Of a stretch of 64,000 nucleotides of DNA, positions 34,612 through 44,361 are shown one piece after another. A program made the translations under genes and the position numbers. The notes beneath the pieces are model-generated. The model searched no databases. It was not told where the DNA came from and was given only the letters and a program-made list of their open reading frames with translations. This DNA is from a virus. Taxonomy: Duplodnaviria > Caudoviricetes. Position 1 is the stretch's first letter; each line of letters begins with the position of its first letter. Where the stretch lies: positions 422-64,421 of IMG/VR virus record IMGVR_UViG_3300010351_000300. One strand, 5' to 3'.

Positions 34612-35106
34612 GTGGGTGCGCGTCCCTCTTCGTCAGGGCTGCTGGTTGCCACAAAATCCGTCTATGACACACAGGGTCTGTATGAGCGGACCTTTACGCA
34701 GTTTGCGCGTCTTCGAGAGGGCGTGGAGTCAGCGGATCAGGTACCAGCCCGACGGATTGATTTGCATACGGGGCGGCGCACTACGCTCCGATTCGCGTTG
34801 TTGAAAGTCGATGCTTCGGGTAATGAGAGCGCGTTTGATCTTTCGCAAATCACGGCTGTAAAGCTCGCCTTTAATCGGAATCTCACCTACAACAGTGTGA
34901 AACCCACAGGAGAGACTACCCCGGCTCTGACGCTTACTGCTGCTGTTGAAACCCCTGCTTCGGCAGGATTGGTGTACTTCACTGTTGCTGAGAGCCATCT
35001 ACCCGCAACCATGGCGGGGGAATTCACTGGTGAAATCTACACTGAGGTCGGTACAGGGACAGTTCAAACAGGACATTTTGCAAGTCTTTTGATTCGGGTG
35101 CAGTAA
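34612..35106 (+). CDS. hypothetical beta-sandwich protein (BppU-N-like candidate)
   Basis: TLRFALL...FDLS...AGLVYFTV...GEFTGEI pattern. Confidence 0.45.
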   Translation: MGARPSSSGLLVATKSVYDTQGLYERTFTQFARLREGVESADQVPARRIDLHTGRRTTLRFALLKVDASGNESAFDLSQITAVKLAFNRNLTYNSVKPTGETTPALTLTAAVETPASAGLVYFTVAESHLPATMAGEFTGEIYTEVGTGTVQTGHFASLLIRVQ

Positions 35107-35186
35107 GTGTGTAGCATCTCGGAGATTTCAAGATATACTGTTTGTGAAGGGACACCCTTGACAAACGGAAATAACGGAGGCGTCTG

Positions 35187-36539
35187 ATGAAGAAACTGTT
35201 GTCTGAGACTCTGAACAATCCCTCGATGACGATTGTCGAGTCTAACAGCACCAATCTCCCGAAGGGTGTTCTCCTTCGCGTATCCGGACAGGTGGGGCTG
35301 TATGACCAGCCCACGCTGAACGGTCGCTCTTATCCGAAGCAGCTTTGGGTGGAGCGTGTTATCGGTTCCCCGGATATCGCGAAGAAGATGCAGGATCGTA
35401 ATCTGTTCGGTGAGGCAGACCATCCGCAAGAGCTGGAAGTCTCCATCCACCGTATCTCACACGCGATCTCGAAGATTTGGCTTGATGAGAGTACCAATCG
35501 TGTGATGGGTACTTTTGATATTCTGGATACACCCGCCGGGCGCATTGTCAAGACGCTTTACGATTACGGTGCGAAGGTCGGGGTCTCCAGTCGTGGATCA
35601 GGGGAAATCCACGAGAACAACGGTATCTCAGAAGTACGGGCGGATACCTACGAGTTCATTACATTCGACTTCGTGACCGACCCTGCCAATGTTGGTAGCT
35701 ATCCTACACCGGTTATGGAGTCGCTGGCGCGTCGTGATCTTGCAAAGTACAAGGAAGACATGCCCTTCTATGAGGGTTTGTTCCACAAGCTCGGTATTGA
35801 TCTCTCGACGCTGCAAGAAAAGGCTCCTTCAGAGACGACAGAGGGGACTCGGGAATCTTTGTGGGAGTCGCGTTTGAGTGAAATGGCCGAGACTTTGAAG
35901 ACGATGAATGCTTCGCTCTCCTCGCGTTCGAGTGAGATTCAGGCAAAGGATATTCAAATCATAGGGTTGCAGGAAACAGTTGCATCTTTGCGGGAGCGTT
36001 TACTTCTGGCTGACTCTCTGTTGGAGTCCAAGAGTGAACCTACTTCTGCTTTTGATGGGGAAGTCGTGCGTTCTCGACTCAACGCTATTGAGGAACGGGT
36101 TCGTCAACAGGCTTCTCAGGGTGCGGTTCAAGAATCCAAGGTTCGCAAGGAACTCGTACAGGCCCAGCAGGAGAGTCAGGGTTTGCGTGAGCAAGTCAGC
36201 AATCAGCGTGCAACTATTCTTCGGTTGCAGAAGCAACAGGAGATGATGCGGGAATTGCGGAAGCGGTTCTTTGCCGAGCGCAAGACACGGTTGGCGGCTG
36301 AACAGCGGGCGAAGGTGGTTCCAGTGACAGAAGCAGCGAAGCCGAAGCCAACGGCCCAGCCGAAAGTAACGGTTGCTCCTGTTGCGTCACCTCGACCTGT
36401 GTCTCGTGTAATTGAGCGCAAGCCTGTACGTGTCGAGTCAGAAGAGAGTCAAGAGGCTATGGAGTCCCGTTTGATCGGGATGTTCAATGCCGCAAGTGCG
36501 GGTGCCGGTCTTGATGACGGCACTGTACCCGAAGAATAA
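35187..36539 (+). CDS. prohead protease (T4 gp21-like) fused to coiled-coil scaffold
   Basis: LNGRSYP, FGEADHP, SHAI, DILDTPAG, GVSSRGSG, ITFDFVTDPA, followed by a coiled coil rich in LxE sites. Confidence 0.92.
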   Translation: MKKLLSETLNNPSMTIVESNSTNLPKGVLLRVSGQVGLYDQPTLNGRSYPKQLWVERVIGSPDIAKKMQDRNLFGEADHPQELEVSIHRISHAISKIWLDESTNRVMGTFDILDTPAGRIVKTLYDYGAKVGVSSRGSGEIHENNGISEVRADTYEFITFDFVTDPANVGSYPTPVMESLARRDLAKYKEDMPFYEGLFHKLGIDLSTLQEKAPSETTEGTRESLWESRLSEMAETLKTMNASLSSRSSEIQAKDIQIIGLQETVASLRERLLLADSLLESKSEPTSAFDGEVVRSRLNAIEERVRQQASQGAVQESKVRKELVQAQQESQGLREQVSNQRATILRLQKQQEMMRELRKRFFAERKTRLAAEQRAKVVPVTEAAKPKPTAQPKVTVAPVASPRPVSRVIERKPVRVESEESQEAMESRLIGMFNAASAGAGLDDGTVPEE

Positions 36540-36553
36540 TCTTCGGGAGAAGG

Positions 36554-37996
36554 GTGAGTCAAGTGGGTGATATTCGTCAGATCATTGAGGAAAGCCGTAG
36601 GCAGCGGAAGGAAGCCTTTGAGATCGTCAAGGCCAATCCGCGTCTTCGTCCTTACCTTGAGGCCATAAAGAAGGCCCGCCCCAAGATTTCTGACAAGATG
36701 CTTGAGGATACGGCTATCTGCATGGAGAACACTCGTCAGTGGATGCGTTCCTTGAACGAGACTACCAAGTCTTCGTCCATCGGTAACTTCATTCACCACG
36801 GGTTTGAGCTGATCGCAGCCGTCATGCCTAACCTGCTCGCGCATGAGTACGTCTCGGTTCAGCCGATGACTCGGCGCGTGGGGGAACTGTTCTTCCTCGA
36901 CTACAAGTACGGCACCACCAAGGGGAACATCACTGCGGGAACTACGCTGTTTGGCTGGCAGCAGGCTGGTCAGGGCGGGGAGCAGTATTACTCCTCCCCG
37001 AAGGTTCGGAATGAGCTGGTTGGTACTGGTAATGGCTCGACCAAGCATTACGAGTACACACTCAACACCATTCCGGTTGATTCGCTGGTTTCGATCACCG
37101 ACGGCGTAGAAATCTTCACGGATGCTACCAAGTCCGGTACGTTGACTGGTGATAAGACCGGTACCGGCTCCATCGACTACGACACGGGTGAAGTTGTCCT
37201 CGACTTCCATTCCAATGTCGTGAACCTGACCCCGATCTACGCCAACTACGATCTGAACTTCGAGAACAACCCGGACAACATTCCGGAAGTTAACCTCGAA
37301 GTCTCGGGTGTTACGGTGACGGCAGAGGAGAAGAAGCTCCGTGCTATCTACACCCTTGACGCTGCTTACGACATGGAGCAGAGTCATGGTCGCTCCGTGG
37401 ATGCCGACCTGTCCAACGCGCTGTCCTCAACGGTTCGTGCAGAAATCGACGCGAAGATTTTCGCGGAACTTTATGCAGGTGCCCACGAGGCCATCACGAC
37501 TTGGAACAGGAACACCCCGCTAGGTGTGAACTGGAGGGATCACAAGTTCAGCCTGATCTCCACGATCAAGGCCGCATCGAACCAGATCCTGAAGAACACC
37601 CGTAGGGTTGAGGGTAACTTCATCGTTGCCGGTGTTGATGTCTGCACCGTTATCGAAGACCTTGAGGGTCGGTTCCGCCGGACGGCTGCAAAGGCCATGC
37701 CGGGTCCGCACCTGATCGGTACTCTCGATGACATGCCAGTCGTCAAGAACCCGTACTTCAGTGACAAGACCTTCCTTGTCGGCTACAAGGGTGATTCCAT
37801 GGTAGACACAGGCTACATCTACGCTCCGTACATGCCGCTGTATGCTACCCCGAAGGTCACTCTGGATGACTTCAAGACCCGTCAGGGTATGGGTACGCGG
37901 TTTGCAACGTATCTTGTCAACCGTAGGATGTACATCCGTGGAGCCATCTCGGGTGACAACGTCCCAACCCCGTACACGATCACTGAGCAGACCTGA
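36554..37996 (+). CDS. major capsid protein (T4 gp23-like HK97 fold)
   Basis: SVQPM....G.LFFLDYKY, V.A..KKLRA.YT.DAAYD....HG, EID, GYKG....DTGYIYAPYMPL, F..RQGMGTRFA. Confidence 0.95.
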   Translation: MSQVGDIRQIIEESRRQRKEAFEIVKANPRLRPYLEAIKKARPKISDKMLEDTAICMENTRQWMRSLNETTKSSSIGNFIHHGFELIAAVMPNLLAHEYVSVQPMTRRVGELFFLDYKYGTTKGNITAGTTLFGWQQAGQGGEQYYSSPKVRNELVGTGNGSTKHYEYTLNTIPVDSLVSITDGVEIFTDATKSGTLTGDKTGTGSIDYDTGEVVLDFHSNVVNLTPIYANYDLNFENNPDNIPEVNLEVSGVTVTAEEKKLRAIYTLDAAYDMEQSHGRSVDADLSNALSSTVRAEIDAKIFAELYAGAHEAITTWNRNTPLGVNWRDHKFSLISTIKAASNQILKNTRRVEGNFIVAGVDVCTVIEDLEGRFRRTAAKAMPGPHLIGTLDDMPVVKNPYFSDKTFLVGYKGDSMVDTGYIYAPYMPLYATPKVTLDDFKTRQGMGTRFATYLVNRRMYIRGAISGDNVPTPYTITEQT

Positions 37997-38005
37997 TAGA
38001 TGACA

Positions 38006-38037
38006 GTAGTGGGGGCGATTGATTTCGCCCCCACTAC
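38006..38037 (+). terminator. 13-bp perfect hairpin after the capsid gene
   Basis: GTAGTGGGGGCGA-TTGATT-TCGCCCCCACTAC. The U-tract is weak. Confidence 0.65.
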
Positions 38038-38076
38038 CCAGTTGTTGTGCAGAGTAATTCACTTAGGAGGGTGATC

Positions 38077-38577
38077 ATGGGTGTAGTGCGTAATATCTCC
38101 GATAAGCCGCGTTCTTTGACCTTCTTGAAGACAGTGCGTGTTGTTGCTCCAAAGGCACAGGCTGTAGTTCGTAGGCTTCTGGTGTCGGAGTACGCTCGCT
38201 ACCGCAAGGATGCTTCGCTGGTTTTGTCAGGGGATTTCGATCTCTGCATTCGGGTGTATAGTGGCCGGTATGCAGTTGCCAAGTTGGTTTCCCTACCTGC
38301 TGAAGAACCCGTTGTTGATGCTCTTCCTGACATCCCTACTCTTGCCGAGTCCGAAGCTCTTGTTGAGGATGAATCTTCTGCTGACGCACAATCGGAAGAG
38401 AGTCCGGTGCTATCTCCCGCTCATGAACTCAAGAAGATGTACGATGCTTCGGGGTTAGATGCAGTCAAGATTGCCTATGGGAAACCGGCACTGACATCCT
38501 TGTGTGAGGAATTGGGTCTGGATTCTGACGGCAATAAGGTTGAGCAGATAGAGCGTATAGTCCAGAGTCTACAGTAA
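38077..38577 (+). CDS. hypothetical protein with C-terminal SAP/HeH-like motif
   Basis: AGGAGG RBS, then KPALTSLCEELGLDSDGNKVEQIERI. Confidence 0.6.
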   Translation: MGVVRNISDKPRSLTFLKTVRVVAPKAQAVVRRLLVSEYARYRKDASLVLSGDFDLCIRVYSGRYAVAKLVSLPAEEPVVDALPDIPTLAESEALVEDESSADAQSEESPVLSPAHELKKMYDASGLDAVKIAYGKPALTSLCEELGLDSDGNKVEQIERIVQSLQ

Positions 38578-38585
38578 GGTAGACT

Positions 38586-39308
38586 ATGGATACAAATACC
38601 CTGCTCAAGTATGTGACCAATGAGCTGACCGGCGGGGGGGTAATCGATCTCGATGTAGAGCCTTCTCTAATCGAGTCTTTTATCAACGATGCTCTGGAAC
38701 GGGTGCGTATCTGGTACAGAGAGCCGGTACTGATTGAGTCTGTCTCCCTACATCTCACAGAGACCCGAGCAGGGTATGTGGACCTAACCACCGCGTTGAC
38801 TAAGCCCGTTCATATCATCGATGATGTGTGGCCGATCCGGCTGCGTCACTCCGGGGATTTCGTCCTGCAGGAGATATCCGACTTGCTAGGGTTGCCGTCT
38901 GGTTTGTTCACCTCGGATGCTGTGCGTGAGTATGCTACATGGATATCTGTGCGCGACATGATTCGGAAGTCCATGGGGTTGAATATGACATGGCGGCAGA
39001 TGGGTAACATCCTTTACGTTGATGATGTGAGAGATGGGTTCCAGACAGTGACGGTCGTGTACTGCCCTGTTCCGCAAACCCTGAGTGAGATCACTTTCGG
39101 CCCCGCTATTTCATGGGTCAAGGATTGGGTACTAGCGAAGACAAAGGTGGCGTGGGCCGGAGTGTTGGGGAAGCTGACGGCAGGAGTTTCCGGGGTACAA
39201 ACTAACGCCTCTGAGCTACGAGCCGAGGGGAATACCATGTTGGAGAAGTTGGACGAGCGATTGAAGACTTTGCAGTTTTCGTTTGGCTCGACTTCTCGGG
39301 GGTTATAG
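38586..39308 (+). CDS. neck/head-completion protein (gp13-like)
   Basis: LTGGGVIDLDVE...INDALE..., WVKDWVLAKTK..W..VLGK..., ASELRAEG. Confidence 0.75.
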   Translation: MDTNTLLKYVTNELTGGGVIDLDVEPSLIESFINDALERVRIWYREPVLIESVSLHLTETRAGYVDLTTALTKPVHIIDDVWPIRLRHSGDFVLQEISDLLGLPSGLFTSDAVREYATWISVRDMIRKSMGLNMTWRQMGNILYVDDVRDGFQTVTVVYCPVPQTLSEITFGPAISWVKDWVLAKTKVAWAGVLGKLTAGVSGVQTNASELRAEGNTMLEKLDERLKTLQFSFGSTSRGL

Positions 39309-39316
39309 GGGGTACT

Positions 39317-40405
39317 ATGGCTGTACGATTGCTCCGTGAACAGGATCCTGATCAGGAACAGGATTTCGGTGCTGTAGACGATCCAGTGCTTGATTTTGAT
39401 GTAGAGGCTCCGGCGGAGCCGTCTACCGAACCCTCAGAAATGGGGGGTGAGGAGTTGACCAGTCTACTGACTCCGGAAACAATGCGCACACAGTTTGAGC
39501 ATGTAGACTCGTTACTGACCTACTTGAAGCAACTGGGGGCTGCTTTGAGCACCGTCCGGTCGCAGTCGTATGATCATGGCCCCGATGGTGAGGATGCCCT
39601 TGAAAATACGGTTAGTCTGGCTTCTGCGGAACAGTCAGTGACTGATTTGCAGATTGCCGCTCTCGATATGCTGAGTCGGCTTCAGACCTTGTTGGGTACG
39701 CAGGCTCCTCAATGGGTGGAGTATGCGAATCTGATGGGTGATAAAGACTCTGTTCCTTCGGAGACCACGACCGAAGAACCCCCTGCGGAATCTGCTCCCG
39801 AGGAGGGTGGTCTACCCACGGACGACGAATTGAAGTTCGAGGGCCGTAAGCGGATTCAGGAAGTTGCGATCTATGGGGTGACGGACCCCAACCAGCTTTC
39901 TTTGAAGGCTGTGGCAAACCTCATGCTCATCTACTTGCGCTCGAAGCAGGCTGCAAAACTGAATGCTGAACTCTCTTCTTTCAAAGCTACATCTAAGGCA
40001 GATGTCTCGAAGGCTCAGAAGACACTGGCTTCATGGCTCTCGGGTCAGTTTGGTCCAATGTTGCGTTGGTGGAGGGACGAGATCGCTGCCAAGTCTGGGG
40101 CTATCATTCCTGAAGTGATGAATGTTCTGGTTTCTGCGGGCAGTGCTTCCGCACTTACCCCTTCGAAGATGGGTTCTGAGTTGTCCAGAACGCAAACTGC
40201 GGATCAAGAAGCATCTCCCGGTGTCGTTAGCCGGGATAACCCTGCAGGAATTGCTCCGGGAGCGGAGATTACTGGGGAGTCTTTGGTGCTGAGGCAGGGG
40301 AAGTGGTGGTTGAAAGAAGAGGCTTTCGATACACTGGCTGAAGCATTTATGGAAGCTGTGAGGCGTGAGATCCCTATTGCTGATGTTCAGATTGATCGGA
40401 AGTAA
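39317..40405 (+). CDS. acidic putative internal head protein
   Basis: Leader MAVRLLRE followed by an acidic tract. Internal FE|GRKRIQE and GE|S sites. Confidence 0.6.
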   Translation: MAVRLLREQDPDQEQDFGAVDDPVLDFDVEAPAEPSTEPSEMGGEELTSLLTPETMRTQFEHVDSLLTYLKQLGAALSTVRSQSYDHGPDGEDALENTVSLASAEQSVTDLQIAALDMLSRLQTLLGTQAPQWVEYANLMGDKDSVPSETTTEEPPAESAPEEGGLPTDDELKFEGRKRIQEVAIYGVTDPNQLSLKAVANLMLIYLRSKQAAKLNAELSSFKATSKADVSKAQKTLASWLSGQFGPMLRWWRDEIAAKSGAIIPEVMNVLVSAGSASALTPSKMGSELSRTQTADQEASPGVVSRDNPAGIAPGAEITGESLVLRQGKWWLKEEAFDTLAEAFMEAVRREIPIADVQIDRK

Positions 40406-40408
40406 CTG

Positions 40409-40858
40409 TTGAACAGTACACGGTTTGTAGGAACAAAGGATGTCAACCTGTGGGAGAAGTTGCTGGTTGAACAGTACCGGCTACAGGCTCCGAGACTTAC
40501 CTACCGTGTTTTGAGTATCGAGAAATCGCTTGTTCACGACATTTACGATACAGCGGAGCATACGGAACGGTCATTCACCGAGGTACTGGAAGTTCCCCTT
40601 CGTCCTATTTTTGCTCCCGAGGAGATGGGGATGTCTGCATGGGCGATTGACATCTCCCGGCAGATTCTTTTTCGGTCGTCTCGAAAGGTTTTATCGGAAC
40701 GTGGGATAGCTCCTAAAATAGGGGATGAGATTATCTATGATGGGAGCCGTTATGAAATTGCGACAGTTTTGCGACGTGAAGAGTCTCAGGTTGGGGTGAC
40801 GAACGAGTTTTTGGAGTTTGATCTCGTAGCCAATATCCCATCGCCTGATCTGTTGTAG
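40409..40858 (+). CDS. neck/head-closure protein (gp14-like)
   Basis: DIYDTA...., EMGMSAWAID...F...PKIGDEI.Y.G.RYEI. Position in the neck cluster. Confidence 0.7.
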   Translation: MNSTRFVGTKDVNLWEKLLVEQYRLQAPRLTYRVLSIEKSLVHDIYDTAEHTERSFTEVLEVPLRPIFAPEEMGMSAWAIDISRQILFRSSRKVLSERGIAPKIGDEIIYDGSRYEIATVLRREESQVGVTNEFLEFDLVANIPSPDLL

Positions 40859-40859
40859 T

Positions 40860-41261
40860 TTGGGGGTTGTGGTGCAGACGTTTGTTTATCCTGCCAAGAT
40901 CGTCTATATCTACGATGCTGGTGTATTTGAAGCTATCGTGGATTTGGGCTTCAAGGTTCATTACAAAGCTCGATTGCGGCTGAAGGGGTTTACCCTTTCT
41001 GATCAAGACATCGCTGTTGTTCAACAGGCCAAACGCTTCGCTATGGATATCTTCCTCGACAAGCGAGCTATTATCCGTACCCATAAACAGGGGCGGGAGT
41101 GGTTAGCTGATGTCTTCCTGCCGGGGATCACGCAACGGTTTCTCCCAGCACAGGTGATCATCGATGGGAAGTCTTTTGTCGATATGAAGACATACTTGCA
41201 CATGGCTGCTGCGTATGAGTTCGATTCTCAGATGTCGGACTGGGAAGCAGGTGATTTCTGA
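40860..41261 (+). CDS. staphylococcal-nuclease-like protein with degenerate active site
   Basis: IVYIYDAGVFEAIVDLGF...RLRLKG...GREWLADVF resembles phage SNases, but DGDT and GID.PE are lost. Confidence 0.6.
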   Translation: MGVVVQTFVYPAKIVYIYDAGVFEAIVDLGFKVHYKARLRLKGFTLSDQDIAVVQQAKRFAMDIFLDKRAIIRTHKQGREWLADVFLPGITQRFLPAQVIIDGKSFVDMKTYLHMAAAYEFDSQMSDWEAGDF

Positions 41262-41932
41262 TGGGGGATATGGCCGGACAAGCGGATCCCGCAGTTGCGA
41301 CTCAGTTCGATATTTTCCAGCTTTACGACAGAGCTATGCTGGCTCGTTTTGGCTCATTTACATGGGCGAGCAAAGTCATCCCTCTCCATATGGTCACCCC
41401 TCAGCGGGCATTTGCAAACGTGGCTCGAATGTTCAATACTGAGCTGTATCGAATGCAGCAGACCCTGCGTCTCCCTCTCCCCCATCTTGGGTTGTATCGT
41501 GGGGGGATTACCCCGGATGCAAACCGTAACTTCTTCCGCAAAACTATGTTGGTGGGGGTGGATCGTCATCGGTTGATTGCCTTGGAAGCACAGACTCCCA
41601 CAGCAGTGAGTGTCGAGTATCGTTTGGGGTTCAAGGCAAAGACACAGGAACAGATGAACGAAATTGCGCGTCAGTTTACCAACTTGTTCGTTTTAGATAA
41701 CTCGTATGTGAATGTTGATATCCCTGATTGGGGGTATTTGTGTTTGCTCTTGAAATCCTCGGGGATCACCAATAGTACAGAAGAGGATCCCGGTGATAAG
41801 GAACGTGTGTTCATTGGGGTGGGCACGATGTCACTACTTGGATTTTCTTTCCGAGAAGTACAGCAGGTCAAACTCATAGGGAAAGTTCGTTCTTCATGGG
41901 AGGTGGGGTATGGAGAAATACCTCCTGTCTAA
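41261..41932 (+). CDS. tail terminator / sheath stabiliser (gp15-like)
   Basis: VIPLHMVTPQR, LPLPHL..YR..I..D, PTAVSVEY.L...K..EQMNEI. Position in the cluster. Confidence 0.7.
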   Translation: MGDMAGQADPAVATQFDIFQLYDRAMLARFGSFTWASKVIPLHMVTPQRAFANVARMFNTELYRMQQTLRLPLPHLGLYRGGITPDANRNFFRKTMLVGVDRHRLIALEAQTPTAVSVEYRLGFKAKTQEQMNEIARQFTNLFVLDNSYVNVDIPDWGYLCLLLKSSGITNSTEEDPGDKERVFIGVGTMSLLGFSFREVQQVKLIGKVRSSWEVGYGEIPPV

Positions 41933-42296
41933 TCGGGTGGGGTATGAAGTACCTATTCAGTTGTTCGAGAATGGGCGGCTGCGTACTTTGTTCTTGCAGC
42001 CGAAAATGGTGATCGAGATCGCGTCGGAAGCCATTACTTCCATGATCCGGGTGCAGGAGCGCCGGAAGGAGATTCGGCTTACAGAGGTGCCGGAAGTTCC
42101 GGAGACTGGTGGAGTAAGCGTTTCCACTTTGGGGATGTCGGTCGAAGTCGTTCCCAAGATCGAGAAGGGGAGTAAGAGGCACAGGGTCTCAAAAGATATA
42201 CTTCAACAGGAACAACAAACGGATGCCCCAGAGACGGCTCCAGAAGAATCGTTCGGGGGTTTAGATTCCCCAGTCGGGGATAAGGAGGTTGGCTGA
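41910..42296 (+). CDS. hypothetical protein
   Basis: 128-aa ORF between the terminator and sheath genes. Confidence 0.55.
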   Translation: MEKYLLSNRVGYEVPIQLFENGRLRTLFLQPKMVIEIASEAITSMIRVQERRKEIRLTEVPEVPETGGVSVSTLGMSVEVVPKIEKGSKRHRVSKDILQQEQQTDAPETAPEESFGGLDSPVGDKEVG

Positions 42297-43780
42297 TGGC
42301 CTATCCTGTGGGTGTTATTCAGCGTACTTTTGATGAGTCGCTGTATGAGACTGCCCCGAGCGGTACGATTCTTGGGGTAGTGGGTGTTGCACATAAGGGT
42401 CCGATCAATGTTCGGACGGAGATCACTTCCCCGTCTGAATACGTAGCGACTTTCGGGTTGCCTACGACTCAGTTGGGTTGTGCGGCGATGCAGTTCCTGC
42501 GTTGCTCCTCGAACCTGATTGTCGTGCGTGTGGAAGATGGGTCTGCAGCGGCAGCAACAGTGGATATTGTCAATAACCTGACAAGTATCCTGACTGTCAC
42601 AGCCAAGACCAAGGGTACTTGGGGAAACGACCTTTCCGTCGAAACAGTGGTAGCCGAGGATGGCGTTGCCGGTCATGTGAACATCAAGGTGTACTATCAG
42701 GGTGTTCTCATGCGCGAACATGCTAATGTGGACGGTTTTACGGCTGCTGCGGCATTGGATGATGATCTGGTGGACTTTGCTCAAGCCTCGGGATCTCCAG
42801 CATGGCCTGCTGCATGGACGGGTGAGTACCGTACCTACACGCTGGCATCTGGTGCCTCTGGTACTTCGGCTGTCGATACAGACTTCATCGGGACAGCAGC
42901 AGTTGAGCCTACAACTCCTGCTACTGGTCTTCACCTGTTCGATAACCCTGAAGACTGCGATATCGATTTGGTGGCATGCCCCGGCGAATCAGACAAGGAT
43001 GTCGTAGCTGCGCTATTGCTTCTCGCAGGTGTCACTCGTCAGGACTGCATTGCCCTGATCGACCCGCCGGACAACCTCACTCGTGATGAGGTCAAACAGT
43101 GGGTGAACGGAACGTATGCAGGTGGACCACCGGCTGCGTTGAATGATCGCTTCGGTACGACTTCATATCCGTGGCACTTCTACATCGATGAGTACAGCCC
43201 TGATGGTGTCTGGGTTGCACCGTCCGGCCCGCTTGCTGCGGTCATTGCCAACTCCGAGAAGGAGTCGAACCCGTTCATGGCCCCTGCGGGTCGTAAGCGT
43301 GGGCTACACAAGTTCACCTCCGAGCTGCGGTGGAACCCCTCGAAGCCGGATCAGGTTTCGATGTACAGCATAGCTGGGCAGAACATCAACCCGTGGGTCA
43401 AGCTCCGGGATGCGGGTATTGTCCTTCGTGGGCAGAAGACCCTGCAGCGGACTGCTACTGCTCTGGATCGACTCTCCGCGCAGCGGACACTGCTTTACGC
43501 ACAGAAGAAGCTCGACCGGCTGGCACAGAACTTCGAGTTCGATAAGTCAAACGAAAAGACGTGGGGTAATCTGATCGATGCCTGCAAGCTCGTTCTTGAT
43601 CCGATCCGTGGCGACGGCGGTATCTATGACTATCGTGTCCAGTGCGATGACAAGTTGAATACGGCTGCTGTACGCGATAGGAACGAGATTATGTCCAAAG
43701 TGTTTGTCCAGTTCGAGAAGGATGGCGAGTGGATCTTCATCGATTGGGTAGTCCGCTCTTACAGTGCGGGCCTAGAGTAA
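42296..43780 (+). CDS. tail sheath protein (gp18-like)
   Basis: KGP.N....ITS..EY...FG, RQDC.AL.D, YPW, VWVAPSG, PFMAPAG..RG, INP, GQKTLQ..ATALDRL..QR.L. Confidence 0.95.
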   Translation: MAYPVGVIQRTFDESLYETAPSGTILGVVGVAHKGPINVRTEITSPSEYVATFGLPTTQLGCAAMQFLRCSSNLIVVRVEDGSAAAATVDIVNNLTSILTVTAKTKGTWGNDLSVETVVAEDGVAGHVNIKVYYQGVLMREHANVDGFTAAAALDDDLVDFAQASGSPAWPAAWTGEYRTYTLASGASGTSAVDTDFIGTAAVEPTTPATGLHLFDNPEDCDIDLVACPGESDKDVVAALLLLAGVTRQDCIALIDPPDNLTRDEVKQWVNGTYAGGPPAALNDRFGTTSYPWHFYIDEYSPDGVWVAPSGPLAAVIANSEKESNPFMAPAGRKRGLHKFTSELRWNPSKPDQVSMYSIAGQNINPWVKLRDAGIVLRGQKTLQRTATALDRLSAQRTLLYAQKKLDRLAQNFEFDKSNEKTWGNLIDACKLVLDPIRGDGGIYDYRVQCDDKLNTAAVRDRNEIMSKVFVQFEKDGEWIFIDWVVRSYSAGLE

Positions 43781-43790
43781 GGGTGGGTGA

Positions 43791-44318
43791 TTGATAATGG
43801 TAGACAAGCTCTATGATGACACCATGCGGACTTGGGCTCCGCAGGAGCAGAACCTGTGGGATTTGACAATTCAGGGTGTGCCTAACTTCGAGAACGACTC
43901 GAACATTCTGTCCTTGTCATTGACTACGGTAGACCTGCCGAAGGAGACCACGGACAAGATTACAGTGCCTTACATGCATTCCGAGATGTATTACGCGGGT
44001 CGTACCACGTATGATGCGATCAACATCAAGTTCAAGGACTTCGTTGATCCTAACATCTGGAAGGCGATCATCGGCTGGCGTAGGATGGTCTGGAACCCGA
44101 TCACGATGCGTGCGGGTCTTCCTGCCGATTACAAGAAGATCGGATCCCTCACGCTCTACAATCCGAACTTTGAGGTCAAGCGTGTCATAAAGCTGATCGG
44201 GGCCTTCCCTCTGGATATGTCCCCGAGTAGCTTGGATCAGGGTTCGAGTTCTCAGGTAGAAATCTCGGTCACTCTCAGTATCGACAAGGCAATTCCGGAC
44301 GAGAACTTGGCTCCTTAG
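43791..44318 (+). CDS. tail tube protein (gp19-like)
   Basis: VDLPK......VPY....YYAGR..Y..I..KF.D, YKK.GSL.LY, GAFP. Confidence 0.9.
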   Translation: MIMVDKLYDDTMRTWAPQEQNLWDLTIQGVPNFENDSNILSLSLTTVDLPKETTDKITVPYMHSEMYYAGRTTYDAINIKFKDFVDPNIWKAIIGWRRMVWNPITMRAGLPADYKKIGSLTLYNPNFEVKRVIKLIGAFPLDMSPSSLDQGSSSQVEISVTLSIDKAIPDENLAP

Positions 44319-44361
44319 TGTGTTTGTTCGTTGTAGGTAGTAGGTTGTTTTTCTTTGGAGG

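Noticed and set aside
35158-35163. TTGACA before the protease gene as a sigma70 promoter
   Set aside because: There is no -10 hexamer at 16-18 bp spacing before the start codon.
36449-37387. Long minus-strand ORFs (for example 36449-37387, 62888-63832, 44275-45171, 26442-27290, 11003-11734)
   Set aside because: They lie antisense to well-supported + strand genes, lack motifs and RBSs, and are expected shadows of biased codon usage.
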